Positions 38,911 to 50,950 of a stretch of DNA of 64,000 nt are shown here, piece after piece; position 1 is the stretch's first letter, and every line of letters begins with the position of its first letter. Source of the stretch: Octopus vulgaris. Its lineage: Eukaryota. The translations under genes and the position numbers were made by a program. The notes under the pieces are model-generated. The model saw only the letters and a list, made by a program, of their open reading frames with translations, was not told the origin of the DNA and did not search any database. The stretch spans positions 69,006,001 through 69,070,000 of the forward strand of contig OX597830.1 of assembly GCA_951406725.2 (NCBI GenBank), in the 5' to 3' direction.

Positions 38911-40405
38911 ATCTATACAATATGTTACATTACTCGGTAGTCAAGATAAAACTCTGAGTTTCAGATGCCGAAGTGGAAATCCACAACACCATCTCTTCGG
39001 TTATCTGGCTATTTGAAAACGTTATGAAAAAATACCGTTAAAAATGAAGGGAAATTACTCTGTTATAACTCTGCTTTGCCTGCGTACTTATACATCGCTC
39101 GCATTTTTCGTCATAAAAATTATATAAAAATACATAAAAAATATATAAAAATATATAAAAATATATAAAATCTTCTTGGGACATAACACAGAAAGCATGT
39201 TCTATCCGTTTTCTTTAGGGGACCAAAAACGTAACAGAAATTTAGTCACATGTGGGCATGATCCGAAAAGTTCTGTCCTTGTATTTAGACATGTGGTAGG
39301 GTCTAAGCTGCTTTTCCAGATAAGCCATCTCTCCATGTCGCATAAACCGCACCTTCCGCTGCCGTTAGTATAGGGCTTACATCTGGCCAAAATCTTCCAT
39401 TGTATGTTATAATCGATACCTTTATCTCTTAAAGACCAAATATGATTGGATAATTGTGTCGCTTTTCTTTTGTTCCAGTGCCTAAAGCTCAAAGTGTGGT
39501 TATTGAACCTGGCCTTGAAATTACCCTCTGTCAGTCCCACGTATTTCTTCGTCGAAACTCTTCAATAGACACAACTTAAAAATTAGTTTTAGTTCAACTA
39601 CCAATTTTAAAAACATAATCAATCATAACATACAAAAAACACAAGAAGAAAACAGCTGTTCATGCAGGAATAAAGAATTGTGCCCGCTAAATGGAGCTTG
39701 CATGTCCAAGACCATCATATATGAAGCTACCGTAAACTCTATAACCACTAAAGACACCGTTTCGACGAAGAAATACGTGGGCCTGACAGAGGGTAATTTC
39801 AAGGCCAGGTTCAATAACCACACTTTGAGCTTTAGGCACTGGAACAAAAGAAAAGCGACACAATTATCCAATCATATTTGGTCTTTAAGAGATAAAGGTG
39901 TCGATTATAACATACAATGGAAGATTTTGGCCAGATGTAAGCCCTATACTAACGGCAGCGGAAGGTGCGGTTTATGCGACATGGAGAGATGGCTTATCTG
40001 GAAAAGCAGCTTAGACCCTACCACATGTCTAAATACAAGGACAGAGCTTTTCGGATCATGCCCACATGTGACTAAATTTCTGTTACGTTTTTGGTCCCCT
40101 AAAGAAAACGGATAGAACATGCTTTCTGTGTTATGTCCCAAGAAGATTTTATATATTTTTATATATTTTTATATATTTTTATGTATTTTTATATAATTTT
40201 TATGATGAAAAATGCGAGCGATGTATAAGTACGCAGGCAAAGCAGAGTTATAACAGAGTAATTTCCCTTCATTTTTAACGGTATTTTTTCATAACGTTTT
40301 CAAATAGCCAGATAACCGAAGAGATGGTGTTGTGGATTTCCACTTCGGCATCTGAAACTCAGAGTTTTATCTTGACTACCGAGTAATGTAACATATTGTA
40401 TAGAT
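38911..40405. mobile_element. Young Neptune-like Penelope element: 5'-truncated + strand copy with an inverted duplicate of its 3' ~650 bp
   Basis: Arms 38911-39558 and 39759-40405 are near-perfect reverse complements. ORF LFNRHNLKISFS...CSCRNKELCPLNGAC...IIYEA...KYVGLT...FKARFNNH...CGLC..E...CPH. Confidence 0.92.
40305..40378 (+). ncRNA. Variant-core hammerhead (mirror at ~38938-39011, minus strand)
   Basis: agataa CCGAAGA gatg...catct GAAAC tcaga GTT^ttatct; identical in both arms. Confidence 0.6.
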
Positions 40406-40470
40406 AAATTTCCTCTATTTACATAATATTGAGGTCTCTTTCTTTCTTTTGTTATCTTACCGTTTTATCA

Positions 40471-40504
<34 letters not shown>

Positions 40505-41055
40505 ATACATATATATGTATACATATATATATATATATATGAAATGAAGGGTAATACTTGTAGCACCAGCAGGTGAAAGATGGCAGTCAAAACGACTCAA
40601 AACCACCGCTTCGACTTGTACACAAGGATGAAATTAATACATACATGATATATGCGCCCACACAACTACACCAAAGACCACTACTTCTGGTGCCATTGCT
40701 GCCGAATTCTTCCTCCAGCATTAACAGATACAAATATCACTCACACATACATATAAACAGTTATTACCACTTACAACACATATGCACACACACGCAATTA
40801 TCACCACTCACATACACTCACACACTCAGTTACTGCTACACACACATATACACACACAAACACATACACGCATGCTATCACACACACGTATATACTTACA
40901 CATACACATATATCCCTCCTTTTACACTCTCCTGTCTTAGAAAGAACTTTTTCTTTGTCAAATCTCCTTCTGGTCATTCCAAAATGTAACTACATGTGAA
41001 TTGTTGGTGATTTTTTTCTTCTGTCTTCCTTTTCTCTTGGACTTTCCTCTGTCTC

Positions 41056-41094
41056 CTGTTTCTGAAGAAGAGCTTTGCTCGAAATGTAAGACAG
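41056..41094 (+). ncRNA. Minimal hammerhead motif
   Basis: ctgttt CTGAAGA a gagc-ttt-gctc GAAAT GTA^agacag. Confidence 0.55.
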
Positions 41095-41399
41095 CCTTTT
41101 TTTCCTTCTGTGAGCATCTAAATAATACTTTGTATGTACCACGTTCTCGTGCATTGTTGTTTTTTCTTCTGATAATGAGGTTGATGATTACTTCATCTTG
41201 ACAGATGATAGTCATCCCATCAACGCACACACAGTACCCCATCACATGGCAAAATCTTTCAATTGATGAACCCTCAGATGACCTTTTGGGGCCAGCTGCT
41301 AACTGACGGTATAAAACACAAGTGATAGATAATCAAATCTCTTTTACGTCTTTGTCCTCTGGAACCTGATTCTGAAGGAATGTTTTTTTATGAACCAGC

Positions 41400-43110
41400 A
41401 TCCGTATATTAAGTCTAGATATTATCTTACAAATTTTGTGACATGTTATACATTGTTAAAAGTGGCCAGGGTTCAAGATTATTATCTGCCTGAGCATTCC
41501 AACTTTCATGTGACTTCATATTATTTACATATTCTGCTTTTGACAACAGAACGCGATTGCACACAATACATAGCCAATATTCACTGTTGATTTCGGTTAC
41601 AATTGTTCCTTTCTGACAGAACCTTTTAAGCTCAAAGCACTGAATCATCTTTTGTTCCAAGTCTTGCAACAGCACTTCTCCACTTGTTTCAATCCAGAGC
41701 ATCCATTTAACTTTTGGTGAAATCTCTCCAGTATTTTTATATGACGCCTCTGGGTGGTTCACATCTCACTTGAATAAAAAAAAAGTGCAGTCAATACACA
41801 TGTTTTATAGACATCGGTTTTGTTTGCAAGGAAATACCACTATCCAATCATACTCGTTTTTCCAGTTCTCCAAATGCAACATTTGCCTTTCCTATTTGAT
41901 AGTACATCTCTACATCAAAACCAACATCTCTTGACAGTGTGCTTCCAAAATATATAAAAGAATCAATGACTTCTAACCTTGTTCCGTTCACAAAAATGTT
42001 TGATTCAGAATATATTTGCCCTGGAGCGGGAGCAAACACTACTTTGATTTTCCCAAGACTAATTGTGAAACCGAACAGTGCATATGTAGTGAAAGATCTG
42101 TCTGTTACTTGTCGAATATCCTCCTCTGAGTGTCCCAACAAATCAGCACCAACAGCGTAAAACAATTCTCTAACAAGCGTTTTAGAAGTCTTTGCTTTGC
42201 ATTTAGATCAGGTCAAATTATAAATGTGACTAGATATCTGAAATCCGATCCTGATTCCCCTGTTGCAATCGTTGAAGGCATACCAAATCAATGTAGCAAC
42301 ACACATAGAGAGGCGTCAAGGAACAGGAATGTCTCCCTGTTTAACACCGTTCTTCACCGAAAATTCACAAGATAGCTCCCCATTAATGACCACCTGACCT
42401 TTCACATTTCTATGTAGTTCCTTATAGATTCATACAAAATGTGTTGGGCAACCAAGTTTGCACAAAACGATCTACAGAGCCTCTCTGTTTATTGTGGCAA
42501 ATGCCTTGGTTAAATCTATGAAGACCTTGTATAGTGGCATTTGTTCCCCTATGCATTTCTCCTGAACCTGCCTCACAGAAAATATTAATTCCGTTGTTCC
42601 TTGCTCAGGTCTGAAACCACACTGTTCCTCGGAAATTGCATGGTGACACATATTTTCAATGTGACGATTTAACATGATCCTTGGAAGTATCTACCCACTA
42701 TGTTCCAGTGGGGTTATCCCTTTAGAATTACTACACACTGATTTTGGGCCCTTATTCTTAATAGGCTATGAATTTCTGATGAAATATGATTCCCACCAAT
42801 CCAGGAACTTTACCTGATTTCAATTTATACAATGCCAGATTTACTTCTGTTGAAAGTGTTTTAGTCATGTGCTACACTAGCTCTCTTTGCGGAATGTTAT
42901 TTATGACATCCATGTTTACCACAGAAGGACTGTGGAAAAGATCTGCAAAGCATTCTCTCCATCTACTCATTATTTCAGGAGGATCTTTAACATCATTTCC
43001 ATTTTTTGACTTCAAGGGAATTCTTCTCTGGGGTTTCAATAAATGCAACAGAAGCAAGTTTGAAGCAAATATTAGCCATTTTTCATACTTTCTAGGAGCA
43101 AGGAATTAGG
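41400..43110 (-). mobile_element. Decayed RTE (BovB-like) LINE with a C-terminal C2H2 finger
   Basis: EEQCGFRP, FIDLTKAF.T.NREAL, F.Y.GST.S; C..C....LSK.....MKSH. Confidence 0.82.
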
Positions 43111-43762
43111 AAACAACATCTGCTATCAGAGGACAAAAATCATGTTATACAGTGTTATTATTGGTATAAATGTGAATTTATAATCTGGATATAGAAGCTA
43201 GAGGCTTCGAAGCAGTCGTCCATAATTATTTGTTTCTCCTTAATTTTCAGAGTGATATTCATGTCAGCAGAACAACTGACTTTTCTATGATGGAACATAC
43301 TTTTTCCTGTCTGAGCCAAACGAATAAATGTATACACCACAGGCTTCAGAACAGTTTCTGTCTACCAAATCCATTAACAAGGCGTTGGTTGCCACCGGGG
43401 CTTTAGTAGTTGTCACTTGCCCAAGGTACCATTTGTGTGTGTCTCTGCATGATGGTGTGATTATGTGTCTGTATAGCAATTCATTGGTGTTCCTTTTTCT
43501 AATGCCTGTGAGCATTAAAACCTCCCCCACCAACACATTCAGTAGATCTCAGTCCTTATTCTTATATTCTTTCTTCCTCTCCCTCCCTCTTTCTCTCCCA
43601 CTCTCTTCCCCTTCTCTCTTTGTCTCTCTTTGCTCCCCCTCCCGTCCCACTTTGCTGTACTTTTTTGTGTGTCATAACAAATAAAACGCGTATTATTATA
43701 TTGTTAGATTACAATGATGTTGATAATATGTATAACAGATAAAATATTAATTTAACTTCTAG

Positions 43763-43937
43763 GGATCATGGCCTGCAAATTATGAGATAAAAGATGATAT
43801 TCACTCAACAACATCTGCTTTGGATCCTAATCATTCACATTTTATCCTTGTTGATGATGGCACCCAAGAAACTCCTGGAGTAGAAGCTAAGTTCAGAAAA
43901 AAGTTAGAAGATACTATTTCACAATATGAAATCCCAG
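43763..43937 (+). CDS. TRPM: TRPM exon (GSWPANYEIKDDIHSTTSALDPNHSHFILVDDGTQETPGVEAKFRKKLEDTISQYEIP)
   Basis: cttctag acceptor, gtaagt donor. LDPNHSHFILVDDGT is the diagnostic TRPM SLOG motif. Phase 0 to phase 1. Confidence 0.95.
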
Positions 43938-45044
43938 GTAAGTTGTTATTGCAAAGAAATCTTAAACATAATCTATAGAGCTGAGATGAAATGTTAAAAA
44001 TAACTTGTTAAATTTACACATGCGTCTTAAGAAATTTCTCTTTTTAATAAGGGACAAGTCTTTTATAAGTCATAGTTAAGTTAATGGTAATATATTTCTA
44101 TCGAGACAATTCTATTTGTCTATGCCATCCAATCCACCTTTATTCAACGATACTCCTATCACGATTTTGACAAGTACAGTGATGTCGGTGCTTGGCTAAT
44201 GAGGTCACAATAAGTTTGAAACATGACTGGATTTTCTCTTTGAAGTTTTATTCTCTACATCGTTCTCATCATTATGTTTTCTCCAAATGTATTCTTCATT
44301 TTTATAAATATTTTATGTAATCTTTTATGGAATACTGTTTTTACATTTGGGCTGGTGTCCTGGTTGCTGTCCTTCCTCTCTGTTCAAGTTGTATATAGAA
44401 CTATTACTCTGTCGAATAGATACATACAAGCAAATATAAACATGCCTATACAGGCACAACCAATCATATAAACACATATACACACACATTTATATGTATA
44501 ATCTTCATATAAATATATATGTGTAGATGTTTATCCATCTACACATATATATATGTCTCTATTTTCACAGACAACGGTTAAACTCAAAACCAATTTTCTC
44601 ATTTCTTTTGTGTTTTGCATAGACATATAGATCTATATGTGTATACAAACATACATACCCATATGCACATGCATATACACAGTCATACACATACATACAT
44701 GAGTATGTATGCGTGTATGAATGTTTATATGCATGTAATTTGGGTATTGTGTATATATATGTATATTATATATATGTGTGTGGGTGTATGTCTATGTACT
44801 ATATGAAAATAAAAGGAAAGAGAAAAGTTTACATGTACATACACATATACACATGCAGACACGTCTACTCAAATACATATGTACATACGTACATACATAC
44901 ATACATGCATGCATACATATATGCGTATATGCATGCATACGCATGTACACATGCATACTTACATACATGTATGCATACATACATACATACATACATACAT
45001 AGCAGCTGTCTACTTTTCATGCAGAGTTTGACCACCTCCTGTAC

Positions 45045-46600
45045 CTACGCTTTAGAACCATCATGGCATCTGATGTGGCTTTTTAAACCAGACAATATTT
45101 TGAAAAGACATTCACATAGATTGCATATCTGATTTAGACCACCAAGAGCTGCAGTTAAGTTCTGATCTTTGTGGATCTTAAAATGTCTTTTGAGGCCTCC
45201 GTTAGATTTGAAAACCTCCTGACATACATTGCATTGGAAGGTGTGCACAGACATACAGGCAAAATAGCTGGTGGAGATTTGCTTTCCATGGATTCACAAA
45301 TGATATTTGAGCCCAACGAAAGAAAGGCATTATCTGTCACATACTGTACACACAAAATATCACTCTAGCTGTCATATCTTGATGCAAAGCCCTGACCAAG
45401 TTAACAAATTGTTCTGGGCAACCTATTTTCCTTAGAATTAGTCACAGAGCATTTCGATTAACAGTATCGAATGCCTTCCTTCAATCAACAAAGCAATGGT
45501 ATAGGGCAAGATTCTGTTCAATGCACTTTTCCTAAAATTGTCTGATAGTAAAGATACAATCAACTGTTCTCTTGGAGGAGTGAAAAATCACATTAAGAAT
45601 CAGACACCTTTTTTGGAACTATGAAGGTATTTAAACGTTCTAACAGAACGCGGGCAAGTACCTTTCCAACCACAAACAAAAGCTAAATCCCACGAAAATT
45701 ACCACACAGATCCTTTGGCCCCGATTTATACAAGGAAACTAAAGTGGCATCAATCCAGTCTTGAGGCATTTTCTTAGTTCTCCAACATTGACTAATTAAT
45801 ATAGTTAAGAGTACAAACATTTTGTCACCCCCATATTTCAAGACCTCTGCACAGATTACATCAGACCCTAGAGACTTATTGCTATTAAGCTTATTCACAG
45901 CTAAATAAATGTCATTCAGAGTTGGTTCAAACGCCATCTCTTCTATAGCTAGGTATTCAAATTTTTCTATCATCTTCATGTCATCAGATGACGGTCTATT
46001 CAAAAGTGCAGAAAAATGTTCCACCCAGAACTTATGAATAGAAGCTGTGTCAGTCAGAAACAAACGTCCATTTGCTGTTCTCACTGGAGCTATTGAAGAG
46101 GATTTGGGGCTGTATAGTTCCTTGGCATAAGAGTTCAAACCCATGGCATCATTTCTATAAGCTGCTTATTTTACTCTATCATTCCACCATTCCTGTTTAA
46201 TTTTCCTTGGAGCAGTCAGCACTTTGCCTTTCAGCTTTTGGTAAGCTTTGTTTGAGTTTGGGTTCAAGGACTGAGAAAGAAGTGTATTGCCTAAGTTTTG
46301 TTTTTCGAAAAGTAGGTCATGAATTTCTGTTGATTTTATCTGAGAACTAGTCACTGGACGTTCACGATTTAAATCCCACTGATGAACTTGCAGCCTGAAA
46401 TACTTTTGTTTCTAAATCTTCCCATAGATTGTTTTGAAGTTTGCAACATTTAACTTTTTGCATACCATAGGACCAAGCAGTCAACTTTTAGGCATTATCA
46501 AAGCAATTATTTTTCCACACACTAGATAATGGTTAGTCCAGCCCTCTGCTCTTCTCATGACCCAAACACTAGAAACATCTTTCATATCACATTTGTACCA
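45045..46600 (-). mobile_element. Internally deleted RTE LINE ending in three C2H2 zinc fingers
   Basis: RT N-half (W.EHFS.LLNRPS, G.D.I.AE, NFRGI) joined directly to C..C...H fingers (45045-45360). Confidence 0.8.
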
Positions 46601-46769
46601 ATTTTAGATTAAAGATTAAAAGATTGTCTACGCCTATATTTTTTTCCTTTCCTTATACTTTATTTATTAATTATACCAATACTGAATATATTGTTTTTAT
46701 ATATTCTTTGCTTGGATTGTACTGGTGGACTCGGATGTTTAACATCCATTTGAAGGGTTTTGGTCCTTA

Positions 46770-47150
46770 GGCGTAAGAGTGGCTGTGTGTTAAGTAGCTT
46801 GCTTATGAATCACATGGTTCCGGGTTCAGTCCCACTGCTTGGCACCTTGGTCAAGTGTCTTCTACTATAGCCTTGGGCTAACCAAAGCCTTGTGAGTGGA
46901 TTTGGTAGATGGAAACTGAAAGAAGCTCGTCATATATATGTATATATGTAAGTGTGTCTGTGTTTGTCCCCCAAACTTCGCTTGACAACTGATGCTGTTT
47001 ATGTCCCTATAACTTAGCAGTTCAGCAAAAGACACCGATAGAATAAGTACTAGGCTTACAAAAAATAAGTCCTGGGGTCGATTTGCTCGACCAAAGGCGA
47101 TGCTCCAGCATGGCCACAGTCAAATGATTGAAACAAGTAAATGAGTAAAA
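46770..47150 (+). mobile_element. Full-length tRNA-derived SINE, family 1
   Basis: A box gtggctgtgtgttaag, B box gggttcagtccc (46822-46833), followed by the family body shared with 6112 and 12505. Confidence 0.85.
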
Positions 47151-48283
47151 GAATATATGTATATATGTGTGTATGTGTGTGTGTGCGCGCATTTGTGTGT
47201 TTGTGTTGATGGAACCTAAGGAAAAGAGAAAGTCCTAGTAAATTGTACGACAAAGTGGGGGAAATATGACCTCCAGATTTTGCGATTCACAGGGGAGATG
47301 ACAAAGGACTTTGATGTTTGGTACATTGGGCTTCAGAGGACCTGTTCAACTAAGTAAACATTTGAGGCCCTAAAGGCATAATTATTTATGTCTATATCCC
47401 TGCACATAGTCTGTGTCCCTGATGAAGCTCTCACCTACACTGTATCTTCCTATACTCCTCTCTCCGCCCAGGTTCACCTCTCACTGCATTCCTCTCCCCT
47501 CTATCTTCTACTCTCCTTTCACACTCACACACTTACCTACCCACTCACCCTATTCAATCTCTGTACCAGTTCCTATATATACACCTCCCTGTAATTTGAT
47601 GGAATGCCCCAACACATCTTCTTCACCCTCTTCTCTCTCCCTCTGCTTCCACCTGGAATAGCATTGTATCTCCTCTACTGCAACATACCTGTTTCTATCC
47701 CATCATTCATCATCACCTGGCACAAAGCCACCTCACTTAACACTGATCTCTTCCTCAGTTGAGTGGTCTTGTCCTGCAAGTTACTTGGTCACCTCACTAG
47801 TGTTGGTGCCACATAAAAATCACACTGAACTCTGTAAAGTAGTTGGTATTAAGAAGAGCATCCAGCTGTAGAAACCATGCCAAAAGAAATAGTTGGGCTT
47901 GACATGATCTTCTGCCTTACCAGTTACTGTCAAACTATCCAATCCATGCCAAGTGGCTAGAGGACATTAAATGATGATGGTAAAGAGGATATAGATTTGT
48001 TTTTTTAAAATTCAGAATGCTGAACTGATACCAAATTTTATTGTTTAGTCAAGTCATATTTTATACATTACTCAAATGTATTCCATACCCTGTTTTAGAC
48101 CTAAATTGGGTTATATTGTATATGTGAATTAGGTATATTTTAGAATGTAATCATTTGCCTTAATCAGTTATAACTTCTTTCAACTTAACCAGTTGTTTTT
48201 CGTACCTTAATCAGATATAGTTTATGGACTAATCAAATATATTTTGTATCTTATATATGTTATATTTTCTCTTGTAATTTTAG

Positions 48284-48393
48284 GGACTGGATTCAAGGTT
48301 CCAGCTGTTGTAGTATTGGTTGGAGGTAAACTGGAAACTCTGAAGTCAATGTATGATTCAATATCACGCAACATCCCAGTTGTAATAGTAAAG
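48284..48393 (+). CDS. TRPM: TRPM exon (GTGFKVPAVVVLVGGKLETLKSMYDSISRNIPVVIVK)
   Basis: ttttag acceptor, gttagt donor. P.V..V..GG...L and PVVIVK precede the expected GSG.AAD exon, which I did not find in the window. Phase 1 to phase 0. Confidence 0.9.
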
Positions 48394-49019
48394 GTTAGTA
48401 AACAGACTATTCTGTAAATAAGATTATTAAATGTTTATTCAGTCTATAATGATTGCATATCTGATGAAGTCTGTAGTTAGGAAACCCAAAAGGAAGGGCT
48501 ATATGAGTATTTCGTTGGTGCAGAATTTTATATCAATATTTTATTTAATGATTTACCTGGTTGTTGGTTTTCTGGTCAACTGGTTAAATCTTATAATTAT
48601 TTTCATTGGATAAATGTATTTAATTCTGAGTATTTTATAACAAATGTTCTTTAAAAAGTATGTCTCTAAATTGAACCAAGTAGAGTAAATTATTTTCTTA
48701 ATATTATCAACTTATGGGAAATGGTCTCATAGACACTGTGGTTCCAACTTGTTGAAAGTCATGAGGTAATTAGAAAACTGTAGTACCTTCTGTCTTTAAT
48801 AACTTGTTCTTCCTACTAAATATTATCAACAATACCTTCACTAGAGCTTAGCTGAAACAAACTATACACACTGTTTAGCCCCATATTTGACCAACACAAA
48901 GATCCATCATGCATCACACCAGTCCTGTCTGGACCCCTAATCTCTTAATTAATTCCAACAATCTTCAAAGACAACTAAATAGTACACTTCACATCCTTAC
49001 GAACTATGTTTAAAAAAGT

Positions 49020-50520
49020 TCTAAATTTGAAAGATGAGGAATTATATACATTATTTACATTTGACGGATAATTGTCCTCATCTTGTTTGTAGCTAATACG
49101 TTTAGGCTGATATACCATCCAGCCTTCATCGGGTGTCCTGGGGAAATTTCGAACCTGGGTTCTCATTCCTAAGGTATTTTTCCGATGTTATTATTATTAT
49201 TATTCAGGTTACTGCCTGGAATCGAACTCAGAATCTTGGGGTTAGTAGCCTGCACGCTTAACCACTACGTCATGCCCGTGGGCAATTATGGAGTGAATTT
49301 TAGGGCTTATAAATCTAATATTTTCCTATCCTTCCTTAATACTGGTTCCTATATGCTACTCGTATCTGCACTCAGTCTGCTTACGAGGATGTTGTGTCCT
49401 AGCATATGTGCTGCTTCTTTTAGTTTTCTTATTTTCCAGTGGTGTTCTCTGTTATTTTAACTTCATCCCACAGGGGGAGGTGGTCTCCATTTTCCTTTAC
49501 ATGATCAGCTATACCTGATTTATCAATATCTGCTCGTGTCACAGCTTTGCGATGTTTGTCTACCCTTATTTTGAGGAAGGGGGCATGTTTTGCCTTTTTA
49601 TAACCTACCACAGCTACATGGGATGGAGTACACGCAGTCTTTGTTCATATTTTCTTCTATTAGTGGTTTTATTTGGAGACATTTGCGAAGTGTTGTATTA
49701 CTCTTGAATATTGTCCTGATGTCATATGGGCTGTATATCTTTTGTATCTTTTTAGAGAGGCCTTTCACATAGAGTAGACAGATTGCAGTCAGTTTATAGG
49801 TTTCAACCTCTCTTCACTTCATAATTGGAGTGGATAGTATGTTTTTGGGGTAGTTGTTGCTTAATAGATTGTTACTTAGCTTAATCGGTTTTTCGTGGTG
49901 CGTATCCACATTGCTACTTATATTCATTGCTTGATGTTTAAGACGTATTTACACAGTATGGATGGTGGGAATTGAAGTTGAGGAATCGTCCAGTGAAGGT
50001 CGGCTTGCGGTATACGGATGTACTGGATCCATACTTGGTGCGTGTTATTAATACGTCCAAGAATGCTAGCTGATTGTCTTTTTCCTTTTCCATTGTAAAC
50101 TGTATGGATGGCTTTATTGAGTTCGCATGATCTAACAGTACCTGGACATCTCTCTGGTGGGGCCAGAGTATAAAGATGTCATCAACATATTGCAGCCATA
50201 GGGTTGGTTTTAGTAGTGTTGATCCTAAAGCCAAATTCTCAAAGTATTCTATGTATATATTGGCTTTTATTGGTGATAATGGCGAACCCATAGGTAAATC
50301 CTCTTCCTGCCAATATATTTTACAGTCCATTCTGAAGTAGGTAGTTTCTACACAAAAGGTCAACATTTCCATCAAGTTTCCTATTGGTATACTACTGCGT
50401 TCTTTTAGACAGGTATCTGTCACCAGTTTTTCTTGAATCGATGATAGTTGGGACTTTGGTGAACAGACTTACCACATCTAGACACACCATCTGGTTCGAT
50501 CCAGTGAGGGTACCCCCGAT
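49020..50520 (-). mobile_element. Penelope-like element (Poseidon-like): RT + GIY-YIG + tail
   Basis: PMGSPLSP, WLQYVDD, LAFLDV, VYRKPT.T..FLNF.SHHP; downstream K.R..KH....SGIADH. Confidence 0.9.
49203..49283 (-). other. tRNA-like Pol III promoter module inside the Penelope tail
   Basis: Minus strand: A box tgacgtagtgg (49262-49272), B box gagttcgattcc (49218-49229); acceptor stem not intact. Confidence 0.6.
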
Positions 50521-50544
50521 CAATTCCGTGAAGTGGATTATAGA

Positions 50545-50892
50545 TTATAGCATGCCCATCTGACAATAAGTTATGCGATAAGGAAGAAAGAAAAGTCACT
50601 AGATATAACAGGTTAGCTTGGGAGGTTAAGCAACTGTGGTCGCTGAAAAATATAGAAGTAGTACCAATAATTGTCGAAGCCCTGGGAACAGTGAGGAAAA
50701 GTCTTTAGAAGTACGTGGAACAAATAGGGAACAGCAATAAGGATGGAGCACCTGCAGAAACATCATTGCTTGAAACCACTCAAATATTCCAGAGGGTGTT
50801 CGAAGAATAAAGGGTGTTACTTTAGTTCACTAGTCGTGAACAGCTGACACCTTAGTACATCTCCAGCATTAGAAGCTGCGCAAAGAGAATAA

Positions 50893-50950
<58 letters not shown>

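Noticed and set aside
49203-49283. Possible tRNA gene
   Set aside because: A and B boxes are present but the acceptor stem does not pair; treated as a tRNA-derived module.
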